A stretch of DNA of 64,000 nucleotides from Klebsormidium nitens. Its lineage: Eukaryota; Plantae; Klebsormidiophyceae. The notes below the pieces were generated by a model that worked only from the letters and a program-made list of their open reading frames with translations, had not been told where the DNA came from and searched no databases. Made by a program: the position numbers and the translations under genes. The DNA lies in assembly GCA_000708835.1 (NCBI GenBank), contig DF237042.1, positions 146,771 to 210,770 on the forward strand. The letters run 5' to 3'. The first letter of the stretch is position 1. Each line of letters starts with the position of its first letter. Positions 11,601 to 24,442 of this stretch are shown piece after piece.

Positions 11601-13906
11601 CGCAAGGGCAAAAGAAGAGAAGGGGCGTTCTCCGAAAGGAACTAGAAAGGCGAGGGCGCCAACGCCGTCTGACGAGGAAGGCGGATCCGATGCAGACCCG
11701 GCATCCGGTCCGTCCAAGCGGAATGGCGAAACTGGAGGGGGGCCCAACGGCGCGAAAGTGCCTTTTGAAAAGTTGCTAGACGGAGTGACGTTTGCAATCT
11801 CGGGGATCCAGAATCCGGAACGGGGAAAGATTCGTGAGCAGGGGGAAGAGATGGGGGCCAAGTATAGGGGCGACTGGGGGGGGGAGTGCACGCTGCTGGT
11901 TTGCGCGTTTAAGGGGACGCCCAAGTTCAACCAGGTAAGGTTGACGTCTTATGAGTTGCAAATTATGTCAAATCGGTTTCAACCCTTCAAGTCCTTTATT
12001 GGTTCGTAGGGAACGGCCAACCGGTATTCACCCTCGAAGGTCAGGCTTTATGCGCGTTGCCAAGGGTTTTACTTTGTGGCCACCAAAGAGCACCAAACCT
12101 CGGGGCAAGTGGCAGGAAAGGGGCAGTATCTTTGCATTCCACTCCCGGTCGAAAACTTACATTTGCCTGGAAATTCAATTTCCAGGCCCTGAAGACCCTT
12201 TTGGAAGCAGATTCCGGTGTTCTGGGATGCAAGCTGCGCGATTTCGTCAGAAGCTTCGAACGCGGCCGGTCGGCATACTTCTAAACAAAAGTATGCGAAA
12301 GTTTTGTTTCGGAATGCACATATAACGAGCTTGTTGTGCTGAATTCTATCGAACACACAATCCGAGCCGGTGGACAGAGGTACTGCGGGCTTCTCTTCTT
12401 GCGATTGAAGCGCATGCCGTTGTACGAGGCGTTTGAGACGTTCAAACCTGATAGGCTGGTTGCGTCGTGGACATCTGGATTTCGACGGAATGTAATGGAA
12501 GTACCAATGCTCCACGTTCAGGGTCAAGAAGTTGCCTTCTTCGGTCGTGGGTGTGTCTGCTTTAACACTTCGACACAAATCGCCCTTCCAAATCAAACCG
12601 CCTGCCTGAGAGACGGGAGTTCATGAATTGACATTCTTGGGATCAGATTTTGAGATCCTGCTGTTGGCTCCGTCGACGTTCGACAATCTGGTCAGTCGCT
12701 AGACGATTGTCGTGACTGAGCTTGTGGCGTTGGGGGTTCACTAGGTGACGGTGTGCGTGCAGCCAGATTCAGAAGCACAACAGAGCTGCACATCACACTG
12801 CTGTTGCTCACAAAAACACTTAAACCAAACCTCCCGTCAGGTTTTACCGTAGTAAAAGTGTGGCGGCTTGAAGAATGTGACCAACGCTCGAGTGCAGGCA
12901 ACTCCGAGGACGCGCACCAGAACAGAACCTTTTTTCAGCGTGGATCATGTGATCAATTCCGCAGGAAGTTGAGTCATGCCCTTGCAGCACCTAGAGTCAT
13001 GCCCTCTTGCAACTTGCTCCATAACTGCAGGTCAAGAAGGCAAACGGAACGATTGTCGACCGAAAGTGGATCCCCGAGTGCCACAACCGGCGGGAGTTGG
13101 TGGATATCGACGAGCATCTGTTGCACCCGGGAAAGCCCTGGCGGAAGCAAACCGGGCAGAGCTTGGACGAAGGTCCGGCGGAGGAGGTGGCGCCGGAACG
13201 GGCGGAAGAAGGAAATGGAGGAGCGGAACGGAATGTTGCAGGGCGGAACGAGCAGAGCCGGACAGGAAGAGGGAGGGCGAAAGGAACGACGGAGGAGGAA
13301 ACGAAACCGCTGCGGGTTTCGTCTGGCAGAACTAGGGGCAGGGGGAACGGAAGGCGGGAAGGTCTGGGGTCCGTGACGGATGCTGACGTGGCGGGTTGGG
13401 TCACTGCTGACGTGGCAGCTGCGGAGCGGTTCTTGGAGGGGGAGGGGGCGGAGCCGGGGCCAGGGGAGACGATGCGCGAGTTGGGCGTGCAAGGCGTGCT
13501 GAGCTGTTTTGACTTTTTGGTGGAAGAACTAGAAGAGGGCCGAAGTTTGGAGGAAGCGAAAGATGGCTGGGTGGCTTCGCTCCCTCAGGGTATTGAGGTG
13601 GTTTGCGAGCAGGCAGATGGGAGTGCAGATTCGGCAATCTCGTTGTTGCAAGAAATGAAGGGTAGATATGAAAAAGCGCTGCAAAGCGAAATCAATGGGT
13701 TGAAATCAGGCAACCTTATGAGTACTGAGGAACGTGAGCAAGCCGAGGATGGAGACTCGGATGCAGAGACGGAAGCTATAGCGGACGAAGGGACTGAGGG
13801 CGACGTTGAGTCCGATGTGCTCATTTTGACGAGGCAAGAGATTGCGGCCGCCAAGCGAAAACTTGTCAAGGAATATGGTGGCGCGCGCGCGGGACTCTTG
13901 ACATAA
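8621..13906 (+). CDS. XRCC1: DNA single-strand break repair scaffold XRCC1: NTD + linker + BRCT-I + plant-type C-terminus; exons 8621-8739, 9411-9692, 10233-10326, ~11173-11934, 13031-13906
   Basis: NTD: VHAFSSENGVHKASNVVLDVLYR|QWQT...LALNNSGSALVEAY...FEMLLPAQQFMSAADVREKKNTNR...K|AAAEHKWQRLKLVCKQPF. BRCT: LLDGVTFAISGIQNPERGKIREQGEEMGAKYRGDWGGECTLLVCAFKGTPKFNQ|VKKANGTIVDRKWIPECHNRRELVDIDEHLLHPGKPW. GT-AG junctions keep frame. Confidence 0.93.
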
Positions 13907-14280
13907 CGCCCTTCAAAAATAATCACAAGGTCGCTGCGGTTTGCCAGATTCCGTTAACGGTACTAATCCTTTCTGCTCAATTGAGTGCACGTTGTCACTC
14001 AGTTGTGTCGCTCGGCAAGTTTGAAGTGTGTCAAGCAGACTTGCGTGGGTCCATTTGAGTTTTACTCCTTTCGACCGCGTTAAATGTTCGTGAATCCGCA
14101 ACGTTTCATAAATTAATAATTGCGCGTCAGCAGGCGCCACTTACAAATCTAGAGGATAGCAAATCAGAGCTAGATAGATTTTGAGAATACGGTGGCCGCG
14201 CCTGTCCCTAAATAGTGCTGGCCGCGCGGGTCATTATTCAATGATTGCGCCAGCGGAACGGGGCCAGCAGCCTGAGTTTT

Positions 14281-14462
14281 ATCATGGTTCCAATATGTAA
14301 ACCGGCCGGGCGGCTTCATAGTACAAATGATTCAGTCTAACATGCATGTTGACCGTTGGCATCTTCATGCCATGAACCAGTGTGCGTTTCTGCCGCCAGC
14401 TAAAGTCTCTGGCACATGTCGAGATCATGGATTGCACCGGCCAACCCTTTAAACCTTCATGG
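14281..14462. other. CATG-dense intergenic island between convergent XRCC1 and GT92 3' ends
   Basis: Hand count 8 CATG in about 180 bp. Confidence 0.55.
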
Positions 14463-14786
14463 TACGTAATTTCAACGTGACGGGGCCTGCGATAACGGTT
14501 GACGAGACGCGTATGGGCGCTGTGTCGAGCCGAGCTGCCATTCAAGACTCAGAATTAGGGTATCTTACAATTGAGCCAGTTCAGAAGGGAGCATCATACT
14601 ATGATACGCAACTGATAGCGTGTGCATGCCTGTCCTGGATCAGTCGTGCATATGCCGGTTATAACACGAGGCTGCGGTTACCTGAATTGCATCTACTTTG
14701 CGACTGTGCATCGGTGCCTAAAACGAATTCAAGCCATTTTTGGTGTCCAGAAACAGACCCCTTGCTCCGCGTTTGAGCGCTCATCA

Positions 14787-17700
14787 TCAAAGGCTGAATT
14801 CGTTTGCTTTCTGGTCAACAACGCCTCTATATTCGTCGACGAAGCAATCCAATCCACTCCCTTCCAACGTTACGTTATAACTGTCAGTTGTGTAATAACT
14901 TGGATTCGGGCGATTCTTCCGGCAATGGGCAATCTGGACGCCCTCTTCAGAACAGAAGGGTTTTATTCCCTCTTCAAGGGGTTCAAAGTCTTTGACTTCA
15001 TGATTAAACATTTCCCGAGCCTGCAAGACAAGAAGTGTAAGCTTGAGTTACTTGGACCATCTCTGCAAAATTTCACACTTCGAAAACGTACATCCGGACC
15101 TCGAACGTGTCAAATCATTCCGATCCAATCAAAACCCACTGATCATCTCAAACCAGTCGCGCTGATCAGATTAGACCTGTTGCCAAACAGCTTTTCAAAG
15201 TGAGATACTTTTGCTGTCAAGAGACCCAAACGACTGCCAAGCCCATCATTATTCCCATTATGGATCTGGACGGAACGAGTTCATGATTTTAGCTCGGAGT
15301 CCCAACACCAAATGAAAGAGTTATATGAAATGGAGACACATCCGTGTCCTCACCAGTAATTTTCTGATCAGTCAAACGGCTCTAGTAATGGGCAGGGTAG
15401 GAGAGAATGCACCACACTGTGAAAAGGCACCCATAGTCAGCGAGATGAAGCTTGCACTGCTTCCGCTTCCTCTGAACTCTTCGTAACACAGAAAGGTACT
15501 GTGCGGAATCGCCTTTCTGACAAGAGGACAACCTTACCAAGAGTGGTTGTAGGATAGTCTTCAGGAACTGAGGACTTTTATGCGTCTTCCGTCTGCACCG
15601 ATCGATAACTAGATCGGAGGCGGCCTCCTCTTCAGCCGGTAGGAAAGGATACTCAGGGGTGACGAATGTGGCGCAATGGTTCTTCTCCGCGAGGATTTGA
15701 GGAAGGGTCTTCTCGATCTTGCAGTCCCTCATGTTCGGTATCAGGTAGTCGTCCAAGTCGAAGAACATGAGCCATCTGCACGTTAACAAAATCGGTTTTA
15801 TTCTTCGCAGGATTACTACGTATACTTTATAGATCTCCGGAATCATCAGCAGCTGCTACCCACGAGAGTATAGTTCCCAAAAACAACCGCCCACTTCCTG
15901 CCAACATCTGATTGTACTTGAGATTAACATTGACACGGACACCGGATTCATGAGAGGGCAGTGTCATTGCTCAAGCCGGCATCCTAGACTAACCTGAGCT
16001 AACCTGCTAACCAGCCAAACCGAGATTCGAACCCGAGCTTCAACCCGAAAGGCTGCACCTTGGGCCTACCCGCGAAAAAGGACGCTAATACTATGCTCAT
16101 CTTGAGCGAGGTCAGTTAAATTCACAATTTCTACATGCATTAAACCGCAGAACCATACTTTGAAACTTCGTGACCGGACGGTTTTTTCCCCGCGAAAGTT
16201 CGGAAGCAGTTGCTTCGAAGGAAGTTGCCTCCAAGCGAAATGCGAAGCATGGGGACTCAGGAGACTCGGTTTCAGTAGGCAGAAGCGCACTTACTTTGAG
16301 GAATGCTTGTTGGTCTGGAGACAGTGGTTGTACACCTGATACTGTCAATCACAAAGAAACACGATGTCAATCCCTGAAGCCTTGAAGCCTCCGTAGGAAA
16401 GTCTCAAGGTAAAAGCCACATATAGGACTAGAGCATGGCTGAGGAGAAATGCTTTTGCGCAGTTCTCCTCAGTTAATCTCAGTTAATCTCTCAATTAATC
16501 CTCTCCTCAATGAAAGGTGCCGCCTTTCCATCAGAAGTCGTGACGGATTCTTTGAGAATGATGCAGTTCGAGGGTTATCACTACCTATAGGCCAGGTCAT
16601 TCGCTCGTCGTATGTGACATCGGCAAGACCCGTTTGAGATCTTCGTTGAGGTGTCTTTCGACAACGACGGTGCTCATGATTGCTTTCCTGCAGATGGCCC
16701 TCGTTCTAGTTTTAACTGGCAGTGACGACTCAATGACGGTTTGACTCTGGGATAACTCATGTACGCTTCCTTCCAACTCTCCTGGCCCCAAGGAAATCAG
16801 CGGAAATACCACATCTTTAAGCCTGAACTCAGCAGTCTAAGACAAAGAGGGTGCTCACCAGATCGTAGACGTTGCCGAACCTATTCTTCAGCGTTTCATC
16901 GTCGGTTGACGTAAACCACCGGCGAAACGTCACAAGGTCGGGGTACAGCTTGAAAAGATCATCAGGAACGTCCTTCCGACCGTAGATGAAAAAGTGCTCG
17001 ACGCCATGAACGCGATGGTAGAACTCAATGTGCTCAATCCAGGCCCTAGGCTTGAAGTGATCTCGTCCGTATATCGGCCCGATGCAAGCCGAGAGAAACC
17101 TGCAGGAAAAGGTGGCGAGCGCGATATAGAACACACTAGCTTCAGTCGATGCAGGTTTCGGCAGTGGGGTGTGCCTAGGTCTCAATTGCGCGACTTGTCC
17201 TTTCAACCTTTTCGTTTCGATCGTCTCGTTTCGGGATCTTTCCGGAACTTCTTTCCTGCATCTCAAAGCGAACTGTTACCGTCTGGCTACAACGATGCAA
17301 GCCAGAGCTTTTACTCTTGAGTGATCTAGTTGAGATATTCTTGCAGCAGCCGTCTGTTTCTCAGTACTTAGAATCTGCAGAACCCGCGGATCTGGAGGCC
17401 TACAAGATTCCTCAGGCGAAAACTCTACGGTTGAAACGATATCGCGTTGCATTGCAGTGCACATAATTGTGTGCAATCACCGGCTCCGACTTTTCCTTAT
17501 TTTGATTTTCCTGACCAGGGTCTCAACGGCTTTTGGCGACTCGCGTGGCCATCCTTTGCACTGGACAAAACACGCAATCTGGATGGATAGATGTAAGGCC
17601 TTCTCAACGTGACACAATTAGCAGAGGACTTACCGCTGCTTCTCTTTGAGGGGCCCCCTTTCAAACGCAAGGGTGAAGCTCAGAGTGGAGGGCGGTACAA

Positions 17701-19447
17701 TGGTTTTCGAGGCAATCTCGAGGGTTGCTTTCAGCGACTGCAAGAAACCAACAGCAGTATCTGCAGACGGTTCTTCTCAAGACCAGTTTCAACGATGATC
17801 TTAAAAAGATAATATGTGCAAGAGAAGTTTCAGCGTCATACTTGCAGGTCGCATAGATCATAGACTGTTGGAACCGTGAGCGATTTTGGAAGAATATCAC
17901 GCCACAAGTATGAGTTTCCCGTTCACTTTCAATGATGCCTGAAAGGTGCAGCCTTTACAGGGGCAACAGTCAGACGAGGTGTGATACGTACTGTGTGGCA
18001 CCTTTTACATTCTTACTACCAGGATTATCTGCTCAGCGCTTGTGAGAATCGCTCTGCATTCCTTCTGATTGTTTGTCACCGTAGCAGCTGCATCATTGGC
18101 TGGCTTTTAGGTCTGATCAGACTGCCCCGAGGTAAAACTTCATCTAAGGAGAGGAGGAAGGTCTAAGTTAGAAGCAACTCACGTCATCTTCGGTCATGTG
18201 GTCCAAAAAGGCACTGGCATCCGTTGGCAAGGGGCACTCCAAGAACTGCGAGCTTAGATAGTCTGGCCCGTAGGTGAATGAACAAGCGAGCCGGCTCCAA
18301 GCTGCTCTGGATTGTGGGCTGCCAGAAAGGATGCGCCTGGATGTTTGCAGCAGGGCTTCTTTTGGATCTTGGGGAGAAGCCTGGACAAAAAGGTACCATC
18401 TTGGAAAGGGCTTTTTTTGGATCTTGGGGAGAAGCCTGGCTCGAAAAGGGGAAAAGGGTATCATCTTGGAAAGGGCTTTGACTTGATTGGAGTCCGGAGA
18501 AGGGCTTTGACTTTGACAATTGGGTAGGAAGGGTGGGGTTTTGAGGCCAATTGCTGAGGTCGACTCTGCAACAGTGTGCTTCAGAAAAAACCACATCATA
18601 AGCTTCTGACGCCGTAATGGCACTCCAAACCTGGCTCATAGTATTGAAACTAATCTGGACACAAGCTTGACTGGACAATGAGTAGAGGCCTAGATTATTG
18701 GTTATCAACCATGCCTCAGTGCAACTTTTCAATCGTCTCCTGAGACTTACAAAAGACTACAATCCGAGCCCATTATGACCATTCACAGGACAACCAGGAA
18801 AGCTGTACTGGGTAGACCGTCACAGGTAACTGGCAGGAATAGCCTTTTTTTGAATGTCGTTAGGAGGATGCTCCCCTCACCTCCAGGCTCAACCGCATGT
18901 CCATTTCCCAAGTCTTGTTGCTCATACGCGCATGCTGTGGACAGCACCGCTCTGGGTTTTCATAGAACTCTAGAAAAATCTGGAAGCGTAAAATCCAGTT
19001 CCCTTTCCCAACAGGAACCTTCACGGGGGCCATGCTGAATATGAGCATCTCGTGGCCATAGATTTCATTCCAGGGCAACCGCAGGAAGTTCATGCCGTCT
19101 GTAGGGATGAGCTCCTTGATGGTAAGGCGATGCGCCAAAGAAGGAGCCGGAGGATTTGAAGTACCTGATTGCAACCTTTGCCTTACGCCAATCAATGCTT
19201 TTTGATCACGGGGATCCTGGTAAAGAAGCTGGGCAGTGAGGACCAACAAGCAGATCATGAGAACCAGGAGCGTTGCGGGTGTGACTTTGACTTTGACTGG
19301 CGTGCGAGGAGAAGAAGGAGATCCTGGACTGCTTATGCCCTCTTTACGTCCAATGTATGTTTTGCTCTTCCCTTCATCGGCCACTGTGCTGGAAAAACCT
19401 TGGCCAAACGAAGCGGCTGTCACATAAGGCTTGAGCAGAGCCTCCAT
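14787..19447 (-). CDS. Type II membrane glycosyltransferase, GT92/DUF23 family (galactan synthase-like fold), multi-exon; internal exon set only partly resolved
   Basis: N-terminal TM TLLVLMICLLVLTAQLL, then LACSFTYG...FLECPLP (~18180-18380), LSACIGPIYG...AWIEHIEFYHRVHGVEHFFIY (~16860-17130), and WLMFFDLDDYLIP with the DxD motif (~15740-15780). Last exon ends at stop 14787. Confidence 0.8.
18353..18480 (-). repeat. ~55-65-bp tandem duplication spanning a GT92 3' splice site
   Basis: Minus strand: ttttcgagccag/gcttctccccaagatccaaaaaaagccc upstream of tttttgtccag/gcttctccccaagatccaaaagaagccc; junctions at 18435 and 18380. Confidence 0.85.
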
Positions 19448-22233
19448 TTTGAAGAGAAGGCGGTGGCACTGAAACGAGCTACTCACTCCAGAATCAGAGT
19501 CGAAGCAGCGGTGGACCATGCTCAATATTCCCTGAAAGTTCCTCAGCAAATGAGGCGTGTGCTATCCCTTTCCATGGTGAAGCTAAGCGCCGTGCCAATG
19601 CATAAGAGTGGCCACTGGCGCCACATGAGCTACGGCAGTGGTTCAATGCTCTAGTACAGGGTGTTCTGAAGTCACACTGTTCTACACAGCTCTATAAGCG
19701 TCTACTGGTTCCAGTACTGAAGCTCAGCTTCCACCTATTCATGTTTGGTGGGGGCCCAAATGGCCCGATCCTGACTTTTCGCTGCTGGCACCTGCAAGCT
19801 GGCGCTCTAGATTTGTGCATTTGGTTGCATGCGAAGGAATCCGTAAGTAGGTAGTACTACTGGGCAAGAGTCAAGTAGGTGGGGTAGGTACTATCTACAA
19901 GAAGGAGCCGCCGCCTGAGCTGCATGCAAGCTCAGATCATTGCCTATCATTTACAAGGATTGCATGCAGCAGCTGCAGAGCAGTGAGCTGTCTGAGAGCA
20001 CTCAGCAGACAAAGCAGTAAATCGCGGTCTGCATGTAGCAATAATTGCAATGTACAGCCTCCCCAACCGACTCCCGAGGGCCGGCCCAGGCCCAGGGCTA
20101 TCAAGCGGATACAAGGCAGGCCCCTGGTAACCTGGTTATATCACTTGGGGAGAAGGCGGTTGGCTCCACCTACCAGCTGAGCCCACTTCGGGCCTGTCGG
20201 ATTTGCCAGCTACCGAGCTGGTGGGTTCCTACGTCCCCGCGGCCATCCCCCGGGCGGCCAGCCAAGCGGTCCGTTCATACCGGGCCCGGACCGGGGCTTT
20301 ACCTGCCGAGCCTCTCACAACGAGTGAACCTGATCTACGTAACCCAACAGTTACTGGTTTTCCAATATTTTGTGAATTATGTTGAATTTATTGCTCTGGC
20401 CAATTGATAAATCATAATCATATGATGGTCAAGCTAGGGGACAAATAGGGTTAGTTTGGATGTTCATGGTACCTACGTGGTGTGTTCGGGTGCGTTAAAA
20501 CCGGGCCAGGTTCCGATCACTTTGCCCGGTACAATGACCTGCATGCAAGCTATAGCCGTATACCGTATAGGTACTACTCGAAGAAAACAGGGGTTTAATA
20601 CCTAGGGTCAAAGTTCAAACAGGCCGCCAAATAAGGAAAAAAGCCGTGTCATCATCGAAGTAAATGCAATCATTGTTAAGGGGCTTCAACCGGGCCCCGT
20701 GCCAGGGCCCGGGATCCGCGTCCTGCCGCCCTGGCCACGTATCATTGCAGTGCTGCAGTCACGACTCACCCGACCGGACTGATATGTAGCAATTCTGCGG
20801 TAACCCAGTGGGGTTACGTAGGTAAGTCAGGATACTGTCCTACTCATATTGTGACTCACCAGGACACCGTGCGCGCGCAGTGTTGCCTTACTAGAATACC
20901 AAGTTTCTTAGCGAGTTATGAAGGCCAGCGAAAGGAGAGGCCGCTTGGGAAAAGGTAAATACGGTAGGAGGCGCATTGAGATTGCGCAGTAGCGAGCTGC
21001 ATCCGGATGAAGGCACACTGATCAGGTCGGAACTCTCCAGTCCTAGAAGCGACAGCATCATCGGCCCCCAGGTACACAGCGGCGGGAATCATTGAACGGC
21101 GTTTGAAAAAGAGAACACTAATCCGACCTTCCGACCGTTATCAAGCCCTGAGTTCGCGATAGGTGTTATAGCCGAGTCGAGTCTGCCTATCAACGGGAAT
21201 ATTAGTATGCAATTCACGTTCCAAGTTATCTTCAATCATCTTGCCCCTCAAGTTCATCTACAAGACGTACAGCTACCGGTATATCACAGCCGGTAAGTTT
21301 TGGATCGGGGCAGAAGACATTGGCCTGCTCAGTGCTGGCAAAGACCTGATACAAGGCAAGCAATGTCGGATCTTTGGTGGATCAGTGACCCTTTTCCGGC
21401 TTGCCTTTGTCAAATATTTTGATAAAGCTTCCGTCATGATTCATTATTGCAAATTGGGCAACTATTTGAAATTACCAGTATAGGTAGCTGCATATCTACT
21501 TGAATGAGTGCAGGCCTGAAGCGGACTTGGACTCTCTCACGATGTGGTGAAAAGTCGAAATGTAGAGCCTTGCGAGTTGAATAGATGTATATCTGGAAGT
21601 ACGTCTGTTTTTAAGGGCTGAGGTGGCGATCGCATACAGAGAGAGAAAATCGAAAACTGAGCTGCATTTCATGCGCATGCGACCCGATCGATGTACATAC
21701 CATCGTAGTTGATTGCATGGGACAATGGTGGGACATACACTGACAAGAGACATCATCGATATCACCAAGGATGGCAAGCAGGAGATGCAAGCCCCAAGCA
21801 GATGTTTGACACTGTCCGGTCAGTGCATGGCGTACTTTGTTGCACTCGCATTTTAGTGGGCATCGATGCATAAGAGCCGGGGAGAGAGCTGTGTAGCAAG
21901 GCAATATGACAAAGGTACTTGGAACAAGAACCTTCACCAAACGCTGTGCAGTTTAGATCAAAACGATCAAGCTCAAGCCGGGAGGCCTCTTGCTCGGATC
22001 ACAGTCTATCCTCCTTTCAACTCGCCACAGCACTAGCTCAGCTAAAAGTTGTGCTATCAAGGTTCGACGCCAAGCCAACTCAGCTGATACCTTTTGAATA
22101 TACCTAGGCCGCGCAGTGACTCGACCGGCGAGTGTGATCACGACCGCACAACACTTAGCTACCACAAAGTTCAACGTCGTACTAAGAGCAGCAAGCTGTT
22201 AGTTGAACTGCATAATCTTTTGGCTGTTGCGAA

Positions 22234-24442
22234 TTAATACTGACCGGGCTTGTACACAATGAAGGCGGCAGCCTGCACCTGCCTCTTCCTGTCGAATCCG
22301 AGGACACGGATGTAGGCATTGGGGTAGGCAGACTTGCACTCGGAAATCTCCTTGAGAACCTGGGCAGCATCAGTGCAGCCGAAGAGGGGAAGCTTCCACA
22401 TAGTCCAGTAGCGGCCATCATAGTATCCGGGGGAGGTGTGGTGCTCCCTGTAGATGGTGCCGTTCTGCAAGGGAGTGAGGTATCATCAGGAGAAGACCCA
22501 AAACGAAAGTCTGTGCAGATGCAACCACCTGAAAACAAACATACCGCCAGACCATAGCACCATTGCGACAAACATGCAAACTTTAGGGTTACGGCATGAC
22601 CAGAATTACTGAACTCTGATGGAAAAGCCGCATCAGGCAGGGCTGTCATCTGCCCCAGTACTTGAGAACACATCATGTTGAATGCATAAAGGTGTAATTT
22701 GGCCCAAATAGTAAGAAGGAATGTAATTTTTCACAGGCATTTAAGTCCTGAAGAGTTGGTCGCGCAAAGTCCTGAAGAGTTGGTCAAGCAAATTCCTGAA
22801 GATTTGGAATGGCAACTGTGACTTATTAGAATTTCTGCAAACCAGAGCATTTAGGTCTAGTGCAGATCCTAACTCAGTGCTTGGAGAGCAAAGCGTAAAC
22901 CAGCAGATATCTAATGAACCAGACTGGGTGCAGAGAATGCTCCAGTTTGATCTGGCAACCAACACCTATTCTATGGTCCGTTACCTACTAGATTAACTGA
23001 TGCCGTGCCTGTATTCCTTCCTCTGCAGAGGCACAGTTCATGAACACTAGTGCTCGAGAATCCAAAAGCATGCACTTGATCTGCTGAGTAATCCTGATCT
23101 TGGAGAGTCTCGCAGTATGATCCTTAGGAAGTGTTTTGATTCCTGCTTTTGCAAGCCTGATAACGATGCCACGAATCAAACACAGCGCAAAAGACGCAGA
23201 AAGATAAGGTGGATGTGATTGCAGAAGGGAGTACGAGATGAGGCGCCTGACGAACCTCCAAACCAGAAGGAAAGTGTGAGGGCGAAGTTTTGAGGTTCCA
23301 AAAAGTTGGATAGACATAAATCTCGTACCTCGTCGAACTCGATGCAAGGGCTCCAGCCCTTGCTCAGAAGGTACTCCACCTGCTTCATGAGGGAAGCGGC
23401 GGGGAGGGGGGGCAGGTACGAAAGGGTCTCGAACTGGGGAAACGAGGGAATGACTGTGAGTCTTTTGGGATCTGCTCTTAAAGCACTTTGAGGTCCACAC
23501 ACACGAGCAACTTAGCTGAGGCAACGAGGATCAAGAACTTTGCCGCAGACGATGGCTTTCTGTGCAGATCGAGTTCCTAAGTAGAGTGTCACTTTTCAAA
23601 CCAAGGATTGGATGACAATCCTGCAAAAGAAGCCGCGCTTGGCTCACCTTCTTGTTGTTCAAGGGGGTCCACACCTTCAAACACAACAAGAGTGAGCAAA
23701 AATTAGTTACTGACATTCAGTGATCCTTCAAAGCATTCTAAGAAGTGTGAACAGTGCAACCTGTCGTCGATAATGATCTGGTTAAGATGTATGCGACAAA
23801 GAGGATTCCCGAAATGGAGTCCCACAAACTCAGGTCTGTGGTGTGGGAAATTACATACTGAATAAGGGGCAAATTGCTGGGCGAAAGCTGCGATAACAGT
23901 CATTCCTGAGCTCAACAATGTACACACGCATGACCTTTGTCATCTAAACCGACAATGTGATAGCGCGGAAGCACGGTTGCAGTAATGGTCCAACGCCTAG
24001 GTGGCAATGGTTGTGGACTCTTTCAGATTTTCAAGAAAAATCAGTCATCATTTCCTATCATTCTCATTGAGGATCCACATTTGAGTCCATCTTATGCACA
24101 AAGATCTTACATTATAAAGTACTTTCAGAACTATCCAACAGAATAGCACTCCCCCGATTGGCAGAGATTCAGCATTCTGTCTGATAGAAATACAATGCAG
24201 CCGAAAGCTTCGCAGTCCGGGTTCCCCAGACTCACCTTCATGGCCTGAGTGCGAGCACCATTGGACACAGTCTTTGACTCCCACTGGTTGGAGCTGGAAG
24301 CAGAGAGCGCATTCTGCTGCTTCAGTCCAGAGAATGAGCGGAGGGGGGCAGCAACCGCAGACTGGCTGGTGGCAGAGGCCTTGGCAGAGGCAGTGGCGAA
24401 GGAAGCCACGGAGACGGACTGGACGGCGATGGAGGAAGCCAT
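22234..24442 (-). CDS. RBCS: Rubisco small subunit precursor; exons 24236-24442, 23648-23674, 23329-23433, 22234-22464
   Basis: Transit peptide [10 protein letters not shown]...GARTQAMK|VWTPLNNKK|[35 protein letters not shown]|[39 protein letters not shown]...[21 protein letters not shown]. Confidence 0.98.
22743..22807. repeat. 24-bp tandem repeat, ~2.7 copies, in RbcS intron 3
   Basis: aagtcctgaagagttggtc x2, then aattcctgaagatttgg. Confidence 0.85.

Noticed and set aside
11226-11930. 234-aa minus-strand ORF
   Set aside because: Antisense shadow of the GC-rich XRCC1 exon.
12069-12596. 175-aa antisense ORF in an XRCC1 intron as a nested gene or transposase
   Set aside because: No recognisable domain, TIRs or target-site duplication.
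16015-16075. tRNA or tRNA-derived SINE (minus-strand GGTTCGAATC B-box-like)
   Set aside because: The T-stem does not pair, there is no convincing A-box, acceptor stem or cloverleaf, and it lies in a GT92 intron.
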